NCBI GenBank assembly: GCA_030704615.1
Contig: CM060731.1
Location: forward strand, 55,056,001 to 55,120,000
Direction of reading: 5' to 3'
Length of the DNA stretch: 64,000 nucleotides
Source of the DNA: Takakia lepidozioides
Lineage: Eukaryota > Plantae > Bryophyta
Shown here in pieces: positions 38,344 to 51,970 of the stretch. The translations under genes were made by a program, and so were the position numbers. The notes beneath the pieces are model-generated. The model did no database searches. It saw only the letters and a program-made list of their open reading frames with translations, and was not told the DNA's origin. The stretch's first letter is position 1; each line of letters opens with the position of its first letter.

Positions 38344-39565
38344 ATGACCAGTCCAACTAGCATAGATGTACCTTACCATGGTAGGCATAGTGAAGATGTG
38401 AATGACTGGTTGGAGAGGATTCAGATGGAGGCAGATGTCAGGGATTTAAATGAGGATAAAACCTTCAAGGTAGCAAGGCTCAACCTGAGAGCCAAGGCTG
38501 ATGAATGGTACCGTAAACAAAACCCTAGACCAGACAACTGGGAGGATTTCAAGGCAGCCATATCAGCCAAGTTTGGTGTCATTGACTTGGCAGAAATTAG
38601 GCTGAGGATGGATACCATCAAACAGGAAAGTAGACAGAGGGTTCAGACATACTTTGATAGGTTGAACCGGCTGTTTATAAGAAGTGGGGCGTCTGATTTG
38701 GAACGAGGCGTAGATTTGCAGCAGGTTTGAGACCAGAAATAGCAAGAGTAATGCTGGGTAGGCGCTTCTCTGATGTAGAGGAAGCACTTGAAACAGTCAT
38801 TGAGATTGAGAGGGGCCTGGAAAAATTGGGGGAAATACCTCTAGAGCCCTTGGAATGAGATGATACAGATGAGTCAGTTGTGTTTGTCGACAGAAGACTT
38901 GATCAGCTAAACACTACCCTACAAAAGTACTTCGATAGGGGACCAGTCATAGGAGAAAGCTCGGGATCTAGGACACCACCTCGTGTTCGCCTTTGTAACA
39001 CTTGTCATAAAGAAGGTCACATAGCTGCATATTGTCCTGAAGGAAGAACCCAAGCTAAGTGTGACAAATGTCACCGGTTTGGGCATTCCACGGAAATGTG
39101 TGGTGTGAGATGCAACTTTTGCAAGGTACTAGGGCATACTGAGAATGAGTGCAGTAGAAAACTCGACCAGACTATGATGAGAGCTCCTGGAACTAACTTT
39201 GTAGACGTGTTCTATGATGATGATGATGATATACTCGCAGAAATGATGATAGATCTGCTGTCACAAAATGTAATCAAATGAATTCAGGCGTTCCAAGGAC
39301 TGCTCCCATCCCCGCCAGGAGGCCTATTCCCCCCCCTACCCCCAGAGTTACCAGAGAGGAAGTGGTGAGAGCAATGAACACCAAGCAAGACCAAGAGTTT
39401 ATTTTACCCAAAAACATTTCAAGGCTACCATAGAATGAGGTACAAATCCATGAATCCTGAACCTTCTACAACAGGGGAGAATATCCTTGTCTTCCATGGA
39501 CCTGATCATGACTATGCCTGGAGAGTTAGACAAATTGAAGGGTCTGGTCAAAGTGGTAGAAAGGG
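38344..39565 (+). pseudogene. gag: Retrotransposon gag with three CCHC zinc knuckles; frameshifted and cut by an LTR insertion
   Basis: PYHGRHSEDVNDWL..LNLRAKADEWY..WEDFKAAISAKFG. Knuckles: CNTCHKEGHIAAYC, CDKCHRFGHSTEMC and CNFCKVLGHTENEC. Confidence 0.85.
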
Positions 39566-42500
39566 TGTCGAGTGGCTTTTACTCCCCCATCCCTTCGCTA
39601 TCCAAGGTGGAAACTCCAAGATAGAAGAGTTGGATATCTCTAAGCACTCCAGCCCGCTCGAAACAATCAGTCATGACCTACAGCTAGTGAATCATGGTTG
39701 TGCTTCCTATTTGTATCCTTCCTGCCTTCATGTTATCAATTTTATCTTACCGTGTATACCGAAGCATCAGATTGCTTCAGTATCTACTAAGTTCATCTTA
39801 ATCATGTATTCATTCCACAGCTTCTCTCTCGGTCTCTCTCTACACCAGTATGTTTGTATCGATTCAGTATCGGATTAAGATTAATCATTATCATGCCTAT
39901 GCCATGGTGTCTCTATTCTACCCTCACCCTACTGTATAATTTACAGCTTGCATGAACTAAGCCTCATTCCAGTCATCATCTCCTCTTCACTGTTTCCGCT
40001 CTCCCGTTCCTCTCCTCCTCTCCTAAACAAGTCAACCCTTCCTCAAGAAGTGATCCCCTTCCTGTTGCCAAGCTCTACTAATCTACCTCAAGCTGTTCTA
40101 ACCTACCTACTAACTAACTCAACCCCTAAGTAACACTTCCCTCTGCAGATGTCGTTCCCACCAGTCGTTCCCTGTCACTGATACTGTTCCCTACATGTAC
40201 TGTGACAGGCTGTGTCAAGCTGTCCGAGCTATGACTGGCTGTGCCAAAGCTGTGTCGGGCTGTGTCTACTGTGTCTGGCTGATTTGATAGACTGTTAGGT
40301 GCTGTTTTGTAAGCTGTGTCGGGCTGTGTAAACCCCCCTAAAGCCTGCTCCTGCCCCCCCTAAGGCTCCTTGGTCTCAGTCTGTGCACAAATTAAGGGTA
40401 CCCCACCCCACCCATAACCCAATAGCGTCTAAGTCCCAAGCAGCCCTCTAACATTACCCCCTACCCCCTCTCAAAAAACCGTGTCCTCATGGTTACTGTT
40501 CGGATCAGCAAACCTTTGTGAGCGAGCACCCCTTCTGTCGGTGAAGTCTTGTGAAGGACTCCGTGTGCAAGCCCGAGTCCTGTCACTGGCTGATGGAGAT
40601 GATTGAGCACTACTGGAAATGTCTGACCCTCCTTTGGCTGATAACGAGGTAACCTCTCAGCATAGGAGATCCCCGTCATTTCCTTCTCTGCCATCTGAAG
40701 TGCATAGTCCTCTGCCATGTAAAAGAGTCATTGTGAAGAAACAGTAATATCAAATCCTCGTCCCCCCTTAGGTGTTTTTAAACGGCCGAACTTTAAGTGG
40801 AAATCCTGCGTGGCATACATGTAGCCCACCATGTCTGGAAGTTTAAACTGTACAACTGTTGTCAGCACTTGCAAGCAAAATTAGTGAAACGCCCTGAACT
40901 CCTTAGCCGTATAGGTAAGAGTGTGCCAATGACTTTGGAACAGTGTAAGTATTTCCAGTATCCAGGGCTTCATGTCCCTTAAAGAAAATATCCCTCAGGG
41001 GCCGAATTTATGTATTGCAAATATTGTTCAACAAGCCGAATTAAACCATGAACGAAGTTGGGAATCCTTCTGCATCATAACTTTTGCATCATATAGGTAC
41101 ATATGAGGTGACACTGAAGGTAAACCCAATGATCCCCACTACTGGAATAACTCAGAAATCGTGATTGCATCTTCTGCTGCTCAATGTGATAACGTGCCAG
41201 AAAACAAGCGCATAGTATAATCCACAGCCCATGACAATACTAGATACCTCCTTGGTCTTGGTATAGATGTACCCATGTACAACCTGGAAGACAATTAATT
41301 CCTTCACATGGTACCCCGTTCCTCAGACCGTACCCTCGCAAGTTATGATCCTCAATGGGTCGATTGTTTCGGAAGAACCTTAGTCTGAGTTGCCACGGGC
41401 AACCAAATGCGCATGATCTGGTGTAAATGTGCCAACGACTGTGGAGGACTAAATTCCTTCCAAGCCAAAATCCAGCACAATGGGAATTTGGGTTGAAGGG
41501 CATAATCATAGCCCGACTGTACTCCCGTGCAGCAGGAGTCCCTAGGTGGGTTAGAAACAGCATCCCCCCATACCTCAGGCTGTGGTTTGGCTGTAGCAGC
41601 AACAGGGTCCCCTACCTGCACAGGCACCTGCTGTGGTATTGGTACCACTGGCCCTATCTACCACTGCATCTCCTCTGCACCCCCCAGCGAAGAAGACTGA
41701 AAATTAGAGTCCTGACATGTAATAAGTAGGCCATCAGCTGCTCCTCAGGAACAAAGACTCTCTTGTCAATATTTGAACTCAGGTCTCCACTTGAGTCTGC
41801 AGGCCTTTCACATCCTCCTGTACTCCGCTATCCTACTATGAATCATTGTCTATAGTAATTGTGGCAATGTTTGACACACCTGCATCTGAGCTCATTCATC
41901 TCCCACCCTGGTTGAGCTTCCTTGGTGCTTTGCCTTCTAACTACCGGCCCTTGTGCTAACCAGACCTGCATAAGGTGGTTATTCACCAAGTCCTGTGTGG
42001 CACCCCTGAGAGTCCGCTCCTCTGTGAGTCTGTACACATCTAACTACTCTACTGCTGTAAAGCCTCCATGCGCTTTGCATGAGGTTCAACCAGGCCTGCA
42101 TAGGCAGCACGCCAGATTATTGGCTTCCTTCCAAGCTTGTTAGCCACAGAGAGTTTCATTTCTATTGACCATGACTGTTTGTTGCAACTCCAGATGTACC
42201 GTCTCCGGTCAGCCTCACCTGTCTTTACTGTTGGAAAGTATTCTCATTGCGACAGATTGTAGCCTGCAAATCAACAATGAGTTTCCCTTGCTCTATTATC
42301 TTTTTTCTGCCATCATACATCTCTCCCCTTATCTTTTACTTCTAATGCAGTTTGCTCTAGAGTTGTGAGTGTGGCACATTGTATGGTCATCCTCTAATGT
42401 ACTGCCTCCAACTCTGTATGTAGTACGTTCACTTCTTGCAACTTGCCCTCATGCTTCACCTGCAATTGGTATAACTGTTGCTTATGTGTTTCATGCAACT

Positions 42501-45500
42501 GGTCCTGCTCGAGACCTGCTTCAATCAAATGTCTCTTAGCCAACTGCAAGGCAGCATTTGTGTCCTTCAACTCTTGCTATAACTTGAGATTGATCTCCTC
42601 ATCTACTTTTAGCACACTCAGTGGCAATTCGAGTCTCAAACTCCTTCCTGAGTTCCTCCATCAAAGCTGCCAATTGGGTAGATGGACATGGGATTTCACA
42701 TAAGTGCCCAACAATTAAGTGTCTCCTGCTTATGGAACTCATAAGCATAGCCTGCTGGGGGTCATCATGGTGAACTTGGTTTTGTTTCCCCCTGATCTTC
42801 CACAATGTGATGCTTCACCAACCATTCAGGCCATTGCCCCACCTGATCCTCCACAGGTGCTGCAGTGTCCTTATATTCTACCCCTGGTACCTCCGTCACA
42901 GGTGTGGGTATTACATGCACAGTAGGGATTTCCCTGGACAAACTTTGCACCTCTGGAACCACTGATTCCCTTACCAAGCCAAAGTTTTCATAGAGAAGGT
43001 CACCCTTCTCAATTTCGGCCACGACCTGCTCTGTAGTTGGAATGTCCAACCTTTCTCCGTCCAGGGCAATTGGGGGTGGTGTCACAACATGTTCTAACTA
43101 TGGAACCTCTGAGACAACTGAGTCAACTGGCTGTGATGGTGTGGTACCGAAGTGACTTCTTCCTCCCTCTCCGAAGGCCGTGCTTCCAATAATAACAGCC
43201 TTTTGCGCTGCTCTATCCCATCCTGCACAAGAGCTTGGGAAACATCATCTTGCGGTTTCCGTGAAGCCAGTGGATCTGCCACTACAGACTTACCACTTAC
43301 CCCGCTTCTTCTGTCTCTTAGACTGGTGTTGCCCTGCCAGTCCACCCTCACTATGTGAAGAGCCCTACTCTTCAATTACAGTGGTTACTGCCTCAAACAC
43401 TCCCATCTCCTTACGTTCCTGAGTATTGCCCTGTAACCTCTTCATCTCTTCCACCAGTCCATTGTACATTTTGTGCCAAGCTACATCCTCCTCCTCCCCC
43501 TCAAAGCTTTTAGGATCTCCTCTGTGAATGACCTGCCCAAATATTGTTGGTTTTGTTTCATGGCAAACAGAACGTTCAATATTTGGCCAACTTCTCTAAG
43601 CCCTGGGTACTCGGCTTTGGTACAAGCGTAACCTTGAGTCTTAAATAAACTCCCTTCTTGGAACAATTCCCTATCTGCAATCTTGCCCTGTGCTCATCCA
43701 CATCCACATGACCCGATGACAAATCAAACAATTGCTGTAAGTACTGGGGAGTAATTTCTATATCTACTCCCCTCACCTGGGTAAATCCTGTCCGAGGCTC
43801 AAAGTTCTGAAGAACTTGAATCATATACTGCCGATGATGCAAGGACCAGTCCTTGCGTAGCAGCCCCTCCAATCGCAACTCCCTCAGCAGCTGCACTGCC
43901 TGCGCGTAACAATTGTTTGCTTCTGCAGAATCGTGGTGCTCTTCACCCTGATATCCTCCATTCCCCACCCTCACTCTCTTCATTCTAGACAAACAAAAAG
44001 GCCTTGTTTGAAACAGCTGAAGGAAAGCTTGCAGGGCACAAAACATAAAGGTATGGTTGGCACAAAATGGAACAAGTAAGTAGCTACAAAGCTAGTGCTT
44101 TGATTGCCCCTCCCGTCGAGACACTGGCTATTCGGAGCCACCCCGACTCTTCCGCTCATAACACTTCCAATTCTCTTGTTCTTGTTTCTTGGAGGGAACC
44201 ACCTGCATGAAATTCTCACTCCTGATTGATGTTGCCTGCTCTAGGCTAACTTCTTCATTTTCATTTCACCCCCCTCCGTGGACATTCCCCACTGGAGTGT
44301 CCAGTAGGACAACACATGTGGCATAAGTTCCCTCTTTCTTTACTCGGAAGGGTTCCTTACCCCTTACTGCCCTGAATGCATTAATGGGCCCACAAATAGT
44401 TTTAGCTGATGTACCGGGTAGACACTTTGACGGCCCGATTTGTCCTCTTGCATGATGAGACTTACTCTTGCAATCTATGCACTGTGGTGTGCTTCGCCTT
44501 AGTGGCCACGTGTCCGTTTTTAGACATGCCCCCGACTTCCCCTCTCCGCGTGGCATATTCTCCGAGTTTGACTACCAAACTTCTTCTTCACTTGACAGCC
44601 ACTTTTCTAACGTTAACCCGCGTCCACCTGTCACTGACCCAATGGACTGTGTAACCCGCATGGGTTGTGTTGGGCTGTGACAGGCTGTGTCTAACTGTGG
44701 TGAACTGTGATAGGCTGTGTGACACTGTGATGGGCTGTGATAAGTTGTGTCACGCTGTGATGGTTTGTGATAGCTATGCAAACACCTGTACTTCCCGCCT
44801 TGGTCATACACGCTCGGCTTAGCGACAAGTGCTCCATACTCCGTTAGTATCACTGGCGCAGCCCGTGACTGTTTTTGTGTTTCAATATGTAAATCGTGCT
44901 GCAATGGTTTGTCATGGATACCACTGTATCCCTTCAACTTATTGGCATTGACTCTTCCCAACATTTCTTTGTTAATGGTTTGTAACATGGCGATGTTATT
45001 ATCATACATCTTCTATATGACATAAGGTCATTTCCATGGTGATTTAAGCTTAGAAGCTTTAATCTTCCCCTTCTTCTGTAACCACAGTACCAAATCTATC
45101 GTCTTAAAAGTCTTTGATTTACCTTCATCAAACTGATCCTTCATCTTCATCTGAATTCTAGTCATGTTATCAGCTGCATCAGCACGTACTTCTTTCACAT
45201 GGTATAATTCATGTTTCATGACCTTAATTGAATCTTCCAATTCCATTCCTTCCCTTCCATTCGTTCTCATGGTAGGTAACAAGAATTCCACTGGAAGTAA
45301 AGCTTCCATACCATAAACTAATTGGAATGGTGTATTAGTGGTGACTTTATATGAAGTCTTGTATGACCACAAAGCTGTCAGAAGCTTTGTATCCCAATCT
45401 GTTATGTTTGCATTGACTATCTTAGCTAAGATAGTACATAGTATTTTGTTGGTAGCCTCTGCCTACCCATTACCCTGTGGGTAATAAGTTGTACTCTTCC

Positions 45501-45905
45501 TATGCACAATCATGAACTCTTTAGTCAATAGTTCTATGGTCTCATTAATGAAGTGACTTCCCTAGTCACTGATAAATTCCAGAGGACAGCCAAATCGTGT
45601 AAGTATGTTCTCATACAGGAACCTTGTTGTGGACTTAGCTGTGTTGTCCCTCAGAGCTTTAGCTTCCACCCACTTTGTAGTATAATCAGTGGCTGTGATT
45701 ATATACTTGTTTTGTGTACTCTTGGCTGGTGGGTTAATTGGTCCAACAAAGTCTAGTCCCCATTTCTGAAATGGTTCAGTAGGCATCGTAGGATGCAAAG
45801 CCATCTTCCCAGATCTCTGCAATGGTCCTAGCCTCTGACACTCATCACAACTCTTACAATACTTGTGTACATCCTTGAACAAAATAGGCCACCAGTAACT
45901 TGCAA
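39566..45905 (-). mobile_element. Ty3/Gypsy family A 3' half (integrase, extra ORFs, PPT 40457-40471, 3' LTR 39566-40453), decayed
   Basis: The LTR starts tgttagagggctgcttgggacttagacgc, as at 11548. The integrase ([15 protein letters not shown]..) is nearly the same as 25545-26924. Many frameshifts. Confidence 0.9.
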
Positions 45906-48040
45906 GTATAAATCCAGCTTTGACGATGTCACCATGGACCTCTTTCCCCTTTTCCAGAGCTCCTAGGCTTGCACACGCATTGCAAACACAAACAAATGTG
46001 TTGCGGTTGGGCTTCACCCCTTCGCACATCAATTGCTTATAGGTGAGATCCAAAGCCTCCATCCCGCATCCTTGCTGTGCATATCCTGCAATCATCGCAC
46101 TCCACGACACCACATCTCATTCAGCCATACTGTCGAACACTCCCTTTGCATCCTCGATGCACTCATATTTGACATACATGTCCAGCAGGGCAGTGTTCAT
46201 AATGATATCGGGTACAATTCCAGATTTGACGATGTCACCATGGATCTCTTTGCACCTTTCGAGGGCTGCCAGGCTTGCACACGCATTGCCAATGCAAACA
46301 AACGTTGTGCGGTTGGGCTTCACCCCTTCGCACATCATTTGCTGAGAGGTCTCCAAAGCCTCCATCCCACGCCCTTGCTGTGCATATCCTGCAATCATTG
46401 CACTCCACGACACCACATCTCATTCAGCCATACTGTCAAACACTCCCTTCATACATGTCCACGAGGGTATAATTGTTCAGAATGACACTTGGTACAATTG
46501 CAGCTCTGACAATGTCGACAGGGACCTCTTCGCCCTTTTCCAGAGCTGCCAGGCTTGCACATGCATCGCAAATGCACACAAATGTGATGTGGTCGGGCTT
46601 CACCCCTTCCCCCATCATTTGATCATAGGTCTCCAAAGCCTTCATACCACGTCCTTGTTGTGCATACCCTGCAAGCATCGTCTTCCATGACACCACATCT
46701 CATTCAACCATAGTGTTGAAAACTCCCTTCGCATCCTTAATGCACCCACATTTGGCATACATGTCCACTAGGGCAATGTGTTCAGAATGACATTTGGTAT
46801 AATTCCAGCTTTGACGATGTCACCATGGACCTCTTTCCCCTTTTCCAGAGCTCCCAGGTTTGACATGTTGACAAGGGTGTTGAGGAGAAAAACACTTGGT
46901 GTGAATCCACTTTGGATAATGTGAGTGTGCACCTGCTTTCCAGCTTCCAGACCTTTCATCTTGATGCACTTAAGCAAGAGACAGACAAACGTATCTGAAT
47001 CTGCTGAAATGCCTCCTACATTTGGCATACATGTCCACGAGGGTATTGTTCATAATCACATCTGGTACAGTTTCTACTTTCGTGATGCAACCATGCATCT
47101 CTTTGCCCTAATCCAGGGCTGCCAGGCTTGCAAACGCACAGACGTGATGTGATCGGGCTTCACCTCTTCCACTATCATTTACTCATAGGTCTCCAAAGCC
47201 TCCATCCCACGCCCCTGTTGTGCATAAGCATGGCGTTCCGCGGCACCACAGTTCATTCAGCCACATTGTTGAACATTGCTATCTATTTTTGGATACTTTT
47301 CTGCTGCCACATTGGCAGTTACTTGTCAAAGTCATTCTACCCAGACAATCTTCTCAGCTCAGCATGGATTTCCTTAATTTTGGGATGCAACTTGTCATCT
47401 ACAACGAAGGTGTGCACCTTGTTGCTAACCTCAATGCAGCAGTGACCTGGCTCCTGGCTCCTTTCTAACCCCTCTAACCCTGATCATTCTTCTTACCTTT
47501 GCAGTATCATCCTTCCTGCCAGCTGCAGCATAGATGTTTGATAACAACACATAAGTCACGCCATCTCCACATTGCCATGGATTCTACAGGCACCAAGCAA
47601 GGCCTTCCACACCACAAGGCATTCCCTAAACAGACAATTGCCTCAACTCCACCTTTTGTGATGTGGGCATGTACACACCTGTCCTGTTCCAGTGCGCTGG
47701 CCGCTGCAGGCGTTGAGGGTGGTAACAAATGTGAGCTTGTCAGGCTTCATACCTACTTGTTGCATTTGCCAGAAGAGTTCAAATGCCTCTTCACTGCGCC
47801 CTTGTTGAATGTATCTTGCAATCATTGCATTCCATGAAACCACATCTTGTTCAGGCATATTGTTAAAGACTCGACATACATCCACCAGAATCCCAAACTT
47901 GACATACATGTTGAGAAGGGTGTTTCCCACACAGACATCTAACTCAAAGCCAACTTCAATGATATGGACATGGACCATCACGCCTTCTAGTTGCATTTGC
48001 CGAAAGAGCTGAAATGCCTCTTCCGTGAGCATTCCATGAA
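45906..48040 (-). pseudogene. Scrambled PLS-E-DYW PPR pseudogene mosaic
   Basis: [22 protein letters not shown] repeats at 45910-47280. E1/E2/PG-box remnants at 47330-47620. A second PPR subfamily at 47620-48040. Frameshifts throughout. Confidence 0.85.
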
Positions 48041-48252
48041 ATCACCATTGTTCGACTCCTTTCACTCTGAAATTTATTGTTGCAAATTATGGAAAGCGTT
48101 GTTAAGATCTTGAGACTTATCAGCTTGTAATTGGGCAGTTGAAGAACGAAGTTCTTGCATCGGGAGTTGAAGACTCTATAAGGTGACGACCATTTCCGCA
48201 AATGTGCCTTCCATCTCAACTAACTAATAAACAAATTTCAGTCTCACCAAAT

Positions 48253-48851
48253 TGTCAAGGACGAGAACATGACAGAACACAAACAAGAGATCAGACTAGA
48301 GGTACAAGACTAGACAAGAAGTCAAGGTCGGCGTGGCCGAATGCATAATGGGTAAACATGAATCAAGATAATATTTATAACAATAGACAAGAGTACAAGA
48401 TACTGGAACTCGACTTGAATATAAGAATGCTGGAAACTCGACTGGAGTACAAGATACTGAAAACTGGGCTAGAGTACTAGAAGTTGAATTGAAGTGCTCA
48501 GACTAGAAACAAAAGTAGCCTGAACTTGTGTTGGCGAAATTGAAGAGTGTCCAGTCTCGCCTCCCATATATACTGGCTACTAGGAGATTCCCTAAGAAGC
48601 TTCCCCAATTGAGGTTTCTTGATGGAGAAGTTTCCTTAAACAAATGAGATATCTTGATGGAGAGGTTTCCTCCAAATGAAGTTTTCTGAGTAGTTTCCCA
48701 AGTTACTTTTGATAATTTGATAAACTCCTGATAACTTGGTAACTAATTATAATTTATGATAAATCATGATAGATCATGATAACTTTCGGTAATATGTTGG
48801 TAACTTCTGGTATTTACTCATGATAAAATCCTCTGGGCTATGCCCGTTACA
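48253..48851 (-). mobile_element. Probable LTR of another family
   Basis: Minus strand TGTAACGGG...TTGACA, an internal TATATATGGGAGG box, and a PBS-like tttggtgagac after it. No TSD. Confidence 0.4.
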
Positions 48852-49103
48852 CCCACCGCTAGCCAATTATGTTCTAACAACAATTTTTTTTAATACTCAT
48901 ATTATTAATTAGCAAATAGTCGTGTAGAAAGAGATGAATTTACTCATCATTTTATATAAGTCAAGCCAATGACACGTTTGCTAAAAGACTCCACCATACA
49001 GACCTCACTCATACTCCATCTCAAGTACTAGAGCTATGGCGGCAAAAGAGGCCTCGGGAGGCTCAACTATAAGAAGACCGTGCCTACATCTATGAGTACA
49101 AGG

Positions 49104-49864
49104 TGTTAGCATTTAATTTGCACTTGTATATGTGTATGAGAGCTAGCTGGAGAGCTCTTATGTCACAAGGCTTGCATGGTTTTTGCAAGGGAGAGTGCTT
49201 GTACATGTGTACTTAGGGTTTCAAATCAGCTTAGAAATAGAACGGGAGCTTTACAAAGCCTTATGGAGTGAATGCATGCATGTCACAATATGTGGTTAGC
49301 CATCAAAAGGCTATAGAGTGCTTACTTTTGCTCTAGTCAAGCTAGATTCAAGGTTCCCATGGTGTGGAAGAAGAACCAAGGAGTGGCTCTAGTTTGGGCT
49401 TGAAGCACAAGGAAGGAAGAGCGCTGATTTTCCTTGTATGGAGGCAGTGCCTGTGTACAACATGCTTTTAGCGCCCCATTGAGGTTTGTACTTTACCGAT
49501 GTTTTTAGCATGACCAGCATGCATGCAAGTCTAAACTGAAGATTGGAGGTCCCTATTTGTGGTACAATTAGCTGATCCAACGTGCTTTGATCTTGCCACA
49601 AGGGCATAATAATCCAGATCACGAGGAGCTGGCGGCACTTACAGATCTGATCCATTCTGAATTGATCTTTGATTTGACTGGTATCAATATGGAAAGCAGG
49701 ATGGTGGAGCTTACTCCGCAAGGATCAAGTGTTATGGAGCCTCCTGCTTCCTGAAGCATTGTTTTGGACTTAGACTGATTTTCTAGTCTTCTTCTAGTTG
49801 ACATTCTTTTTGAGCTTCTTCTTGTCATTCAGATTTTAGATTAGTATAGCATGGTGTTCCAACA
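49104..49864 (+). mobile_element. Possible LTR (TGTTAG...CCAACA)
   Basis: Terminal motifs only. No partner or TSD in the window. Confidence 0.3.
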
Positions 49865-51019
49865 TGTTCATTGCGTAAGGTTTTCCTGCTCATGGGTTTT
49901 GTCCCACACGGTTTTCCCATGAGAGGGTTTTTCACCCTGCAATGATGGAGAACACCATGGCGGAGTAATTCTTTATATTTTACCTCAGGGGGGTGGCTTC
50001 ACATATGTGATGCCCCATAGTTTTCGGCCCCACAAACAGTTTTTTCATGAATTTCTGTCAGGCCTAATTCTTGCTTTAAGTAGACGATGGCGGGCTTGAC
50101 CCATATCTAGTACAACTAAACCTACATGGGGCTGGCTTCATCTTGGCCCTTTATGGTTTGACGGACAGGATTAGGGAAAATCTTCTTAGCCCAAGGCTCC
50201 AAAAAAATACCTGTACCCAGACCTGGCATGCTGCCATGTGTGGGCTCATCCCAACCAAGGGTTTGGGATATCCGGTCTTTCTAACCTTGAGTAAACGGGT
50301 TCTTGTGTACTTGTGTAACAGAGCTCTGTGTGTTCATGTTCTTGCATGCTTGACGTTCGTAAGCCTTGCCGTTGTCCTCCTCTACGCATACATCTGCTAC
50401 TGCTACAACAAAGTTTGTCTTTTCCTGAGTTGCACACCCCTAGATTAAACGTGTCTTGAGAGGAAGAGCGAATCTCATCTAAGCACAAAATGAGGCTTCC
50501 CAGTACTACCTGTTGACTACTCAAGTTGTAGGACAACAATACATGCTTGAAGTCTTATGCTCCACATCATATACACTTAGAACTCTGAAAGTAGTCAAGG
50601 GCAAATGGGATCTAGTTCCCAGTCCTACCAATTTCTTCATAATTCAAAATGGAATCAGCTAGGAGATGGGTTTCCTTCTCCAAGAGTCATGCGTCTATTT
50701 TGTCGGTCAGAAATCTTGAGCTGTCTGCTGTATCCCCAGCTGCCTCAAACATTCTTAGTTTGGGTGTTTTACCATTATATTATCATGTGGGGAATAATAT
50801 TATTTTACCTCATCTTTACATTACCATGAGATAAAACGTAAAAGTAAAGTTTGTTTTACAGAGCCTACTGCTCAACTCACAACCCATCGAGGGGCCAATG
50901 GACACAATTGTGCGTAGAAGGATTACCCTGTAAGGATCCCGGCAATCCTTCCTACCTTCCCTGTGCCCCTTCCGTAAAGGAACTTGTCAAAATGTTTCGG
51001 GCACAAACGTCTACTGTGG

Positions 51020-51970
51020 CGCATGGAGCCGAGCTGGCGTGAATGTCTTAAAGATCCTTCACAATGGCCGGACAACCGCAATCGCAAGGTATGGCTTTCT
51101 TATTGTACGACGTGAAGAAGTATGTCCATCCTGCAAATGTGGGCGCTTCCTGTGTATCATGATTTGGTAATCTTCCTGGTGTTTACAAGGTACTTGGGAG
51201 GGTCAGCTTGGTCTTCGAAGGCCGTGTTTCAATCTATGGCTGCTCAGCTGCACCGTGGTAGTTCTCACAGACCAATCCGAGATCACCTGACTACAGACAC
51301 AAGCAGCACACACAAGAGCTCTTTTTGGGTGGATGGTCGGTTGAATCCTCCATGGGTCATGACAGACGGTCAAGGACAATGTGGTGAGGGCACCTTCTTC
51401 TTCAACTATTTCACCATGTTTTTCCCTCTCGTCAGAATTGTCCCTGATTTTTCATATTGAATTCTGCGAATAAGCTCATTGGGTGGATGATTTTGACATG
51501 TTACTGGCAATGTGACGACAGGAAAGTATCCAGAAACAGATATCAGACACGAGAGGAAGCTCTGGACTACATATTTTTCCGACCCCAATCGATGGTGGGA
51601 TAATCGAGGCAAAAAGGTGAATGCCTGTATACCGGGAAGCAGACCGCAAGATGCATTGCAAAGCTTTCTTGGACATTGTCATCCTCTCTCCCCAGTACCT
51701 TTTCAAACTTTGTGAGCAATTAAGCATCAATATTGTGTGATAAGTAGGGTTCGAGTTTTGCTAGAACAAATCTGGGCTGTCATTGTCAGCTGCTACCTGC
51801 AAAGGTGAGGATCTATACACGACTGGTGCAGAGGCAGGGATAGCTGAAGCAACAGGGATAGAGTGTGGGGTCCAGATTCATCCAAGAGGGCCAGATCTCA
51901 ATCCCAACATTACCTATGATTCCCTGTGGATCGATAGCTACCAGAAAGCTGCATGGGTAGATGGTCAACT
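51020..51970 (+). CDS. N-terminal exons of the PPR-DYW gene encoding two OSB-type PDF motifs (exons ~51020-51088, 51271-51383, 51522-51616, 51876-)
   Basis: Motif 1: SWRECLKDPSQWPDNRNRK | TNPRSPDYRHK..(+1 shift)..FWVDGRLNPPWV. Motif 2: LWTTYFSDPNRWWDNRGKK | IHPRGPDLNPNITYDSLWIDSYQKAAWVDGQL. All introns are GT-AG. Exons 3 and 4 join in phase 0 with the PPR ORF. Confidence 0.75.

Noticed and set aside
51783-51875. ORF-track N-terminus MSAATCKG...
   Set aside because: It has a TTG start inside the predicted intron 51617-51875.
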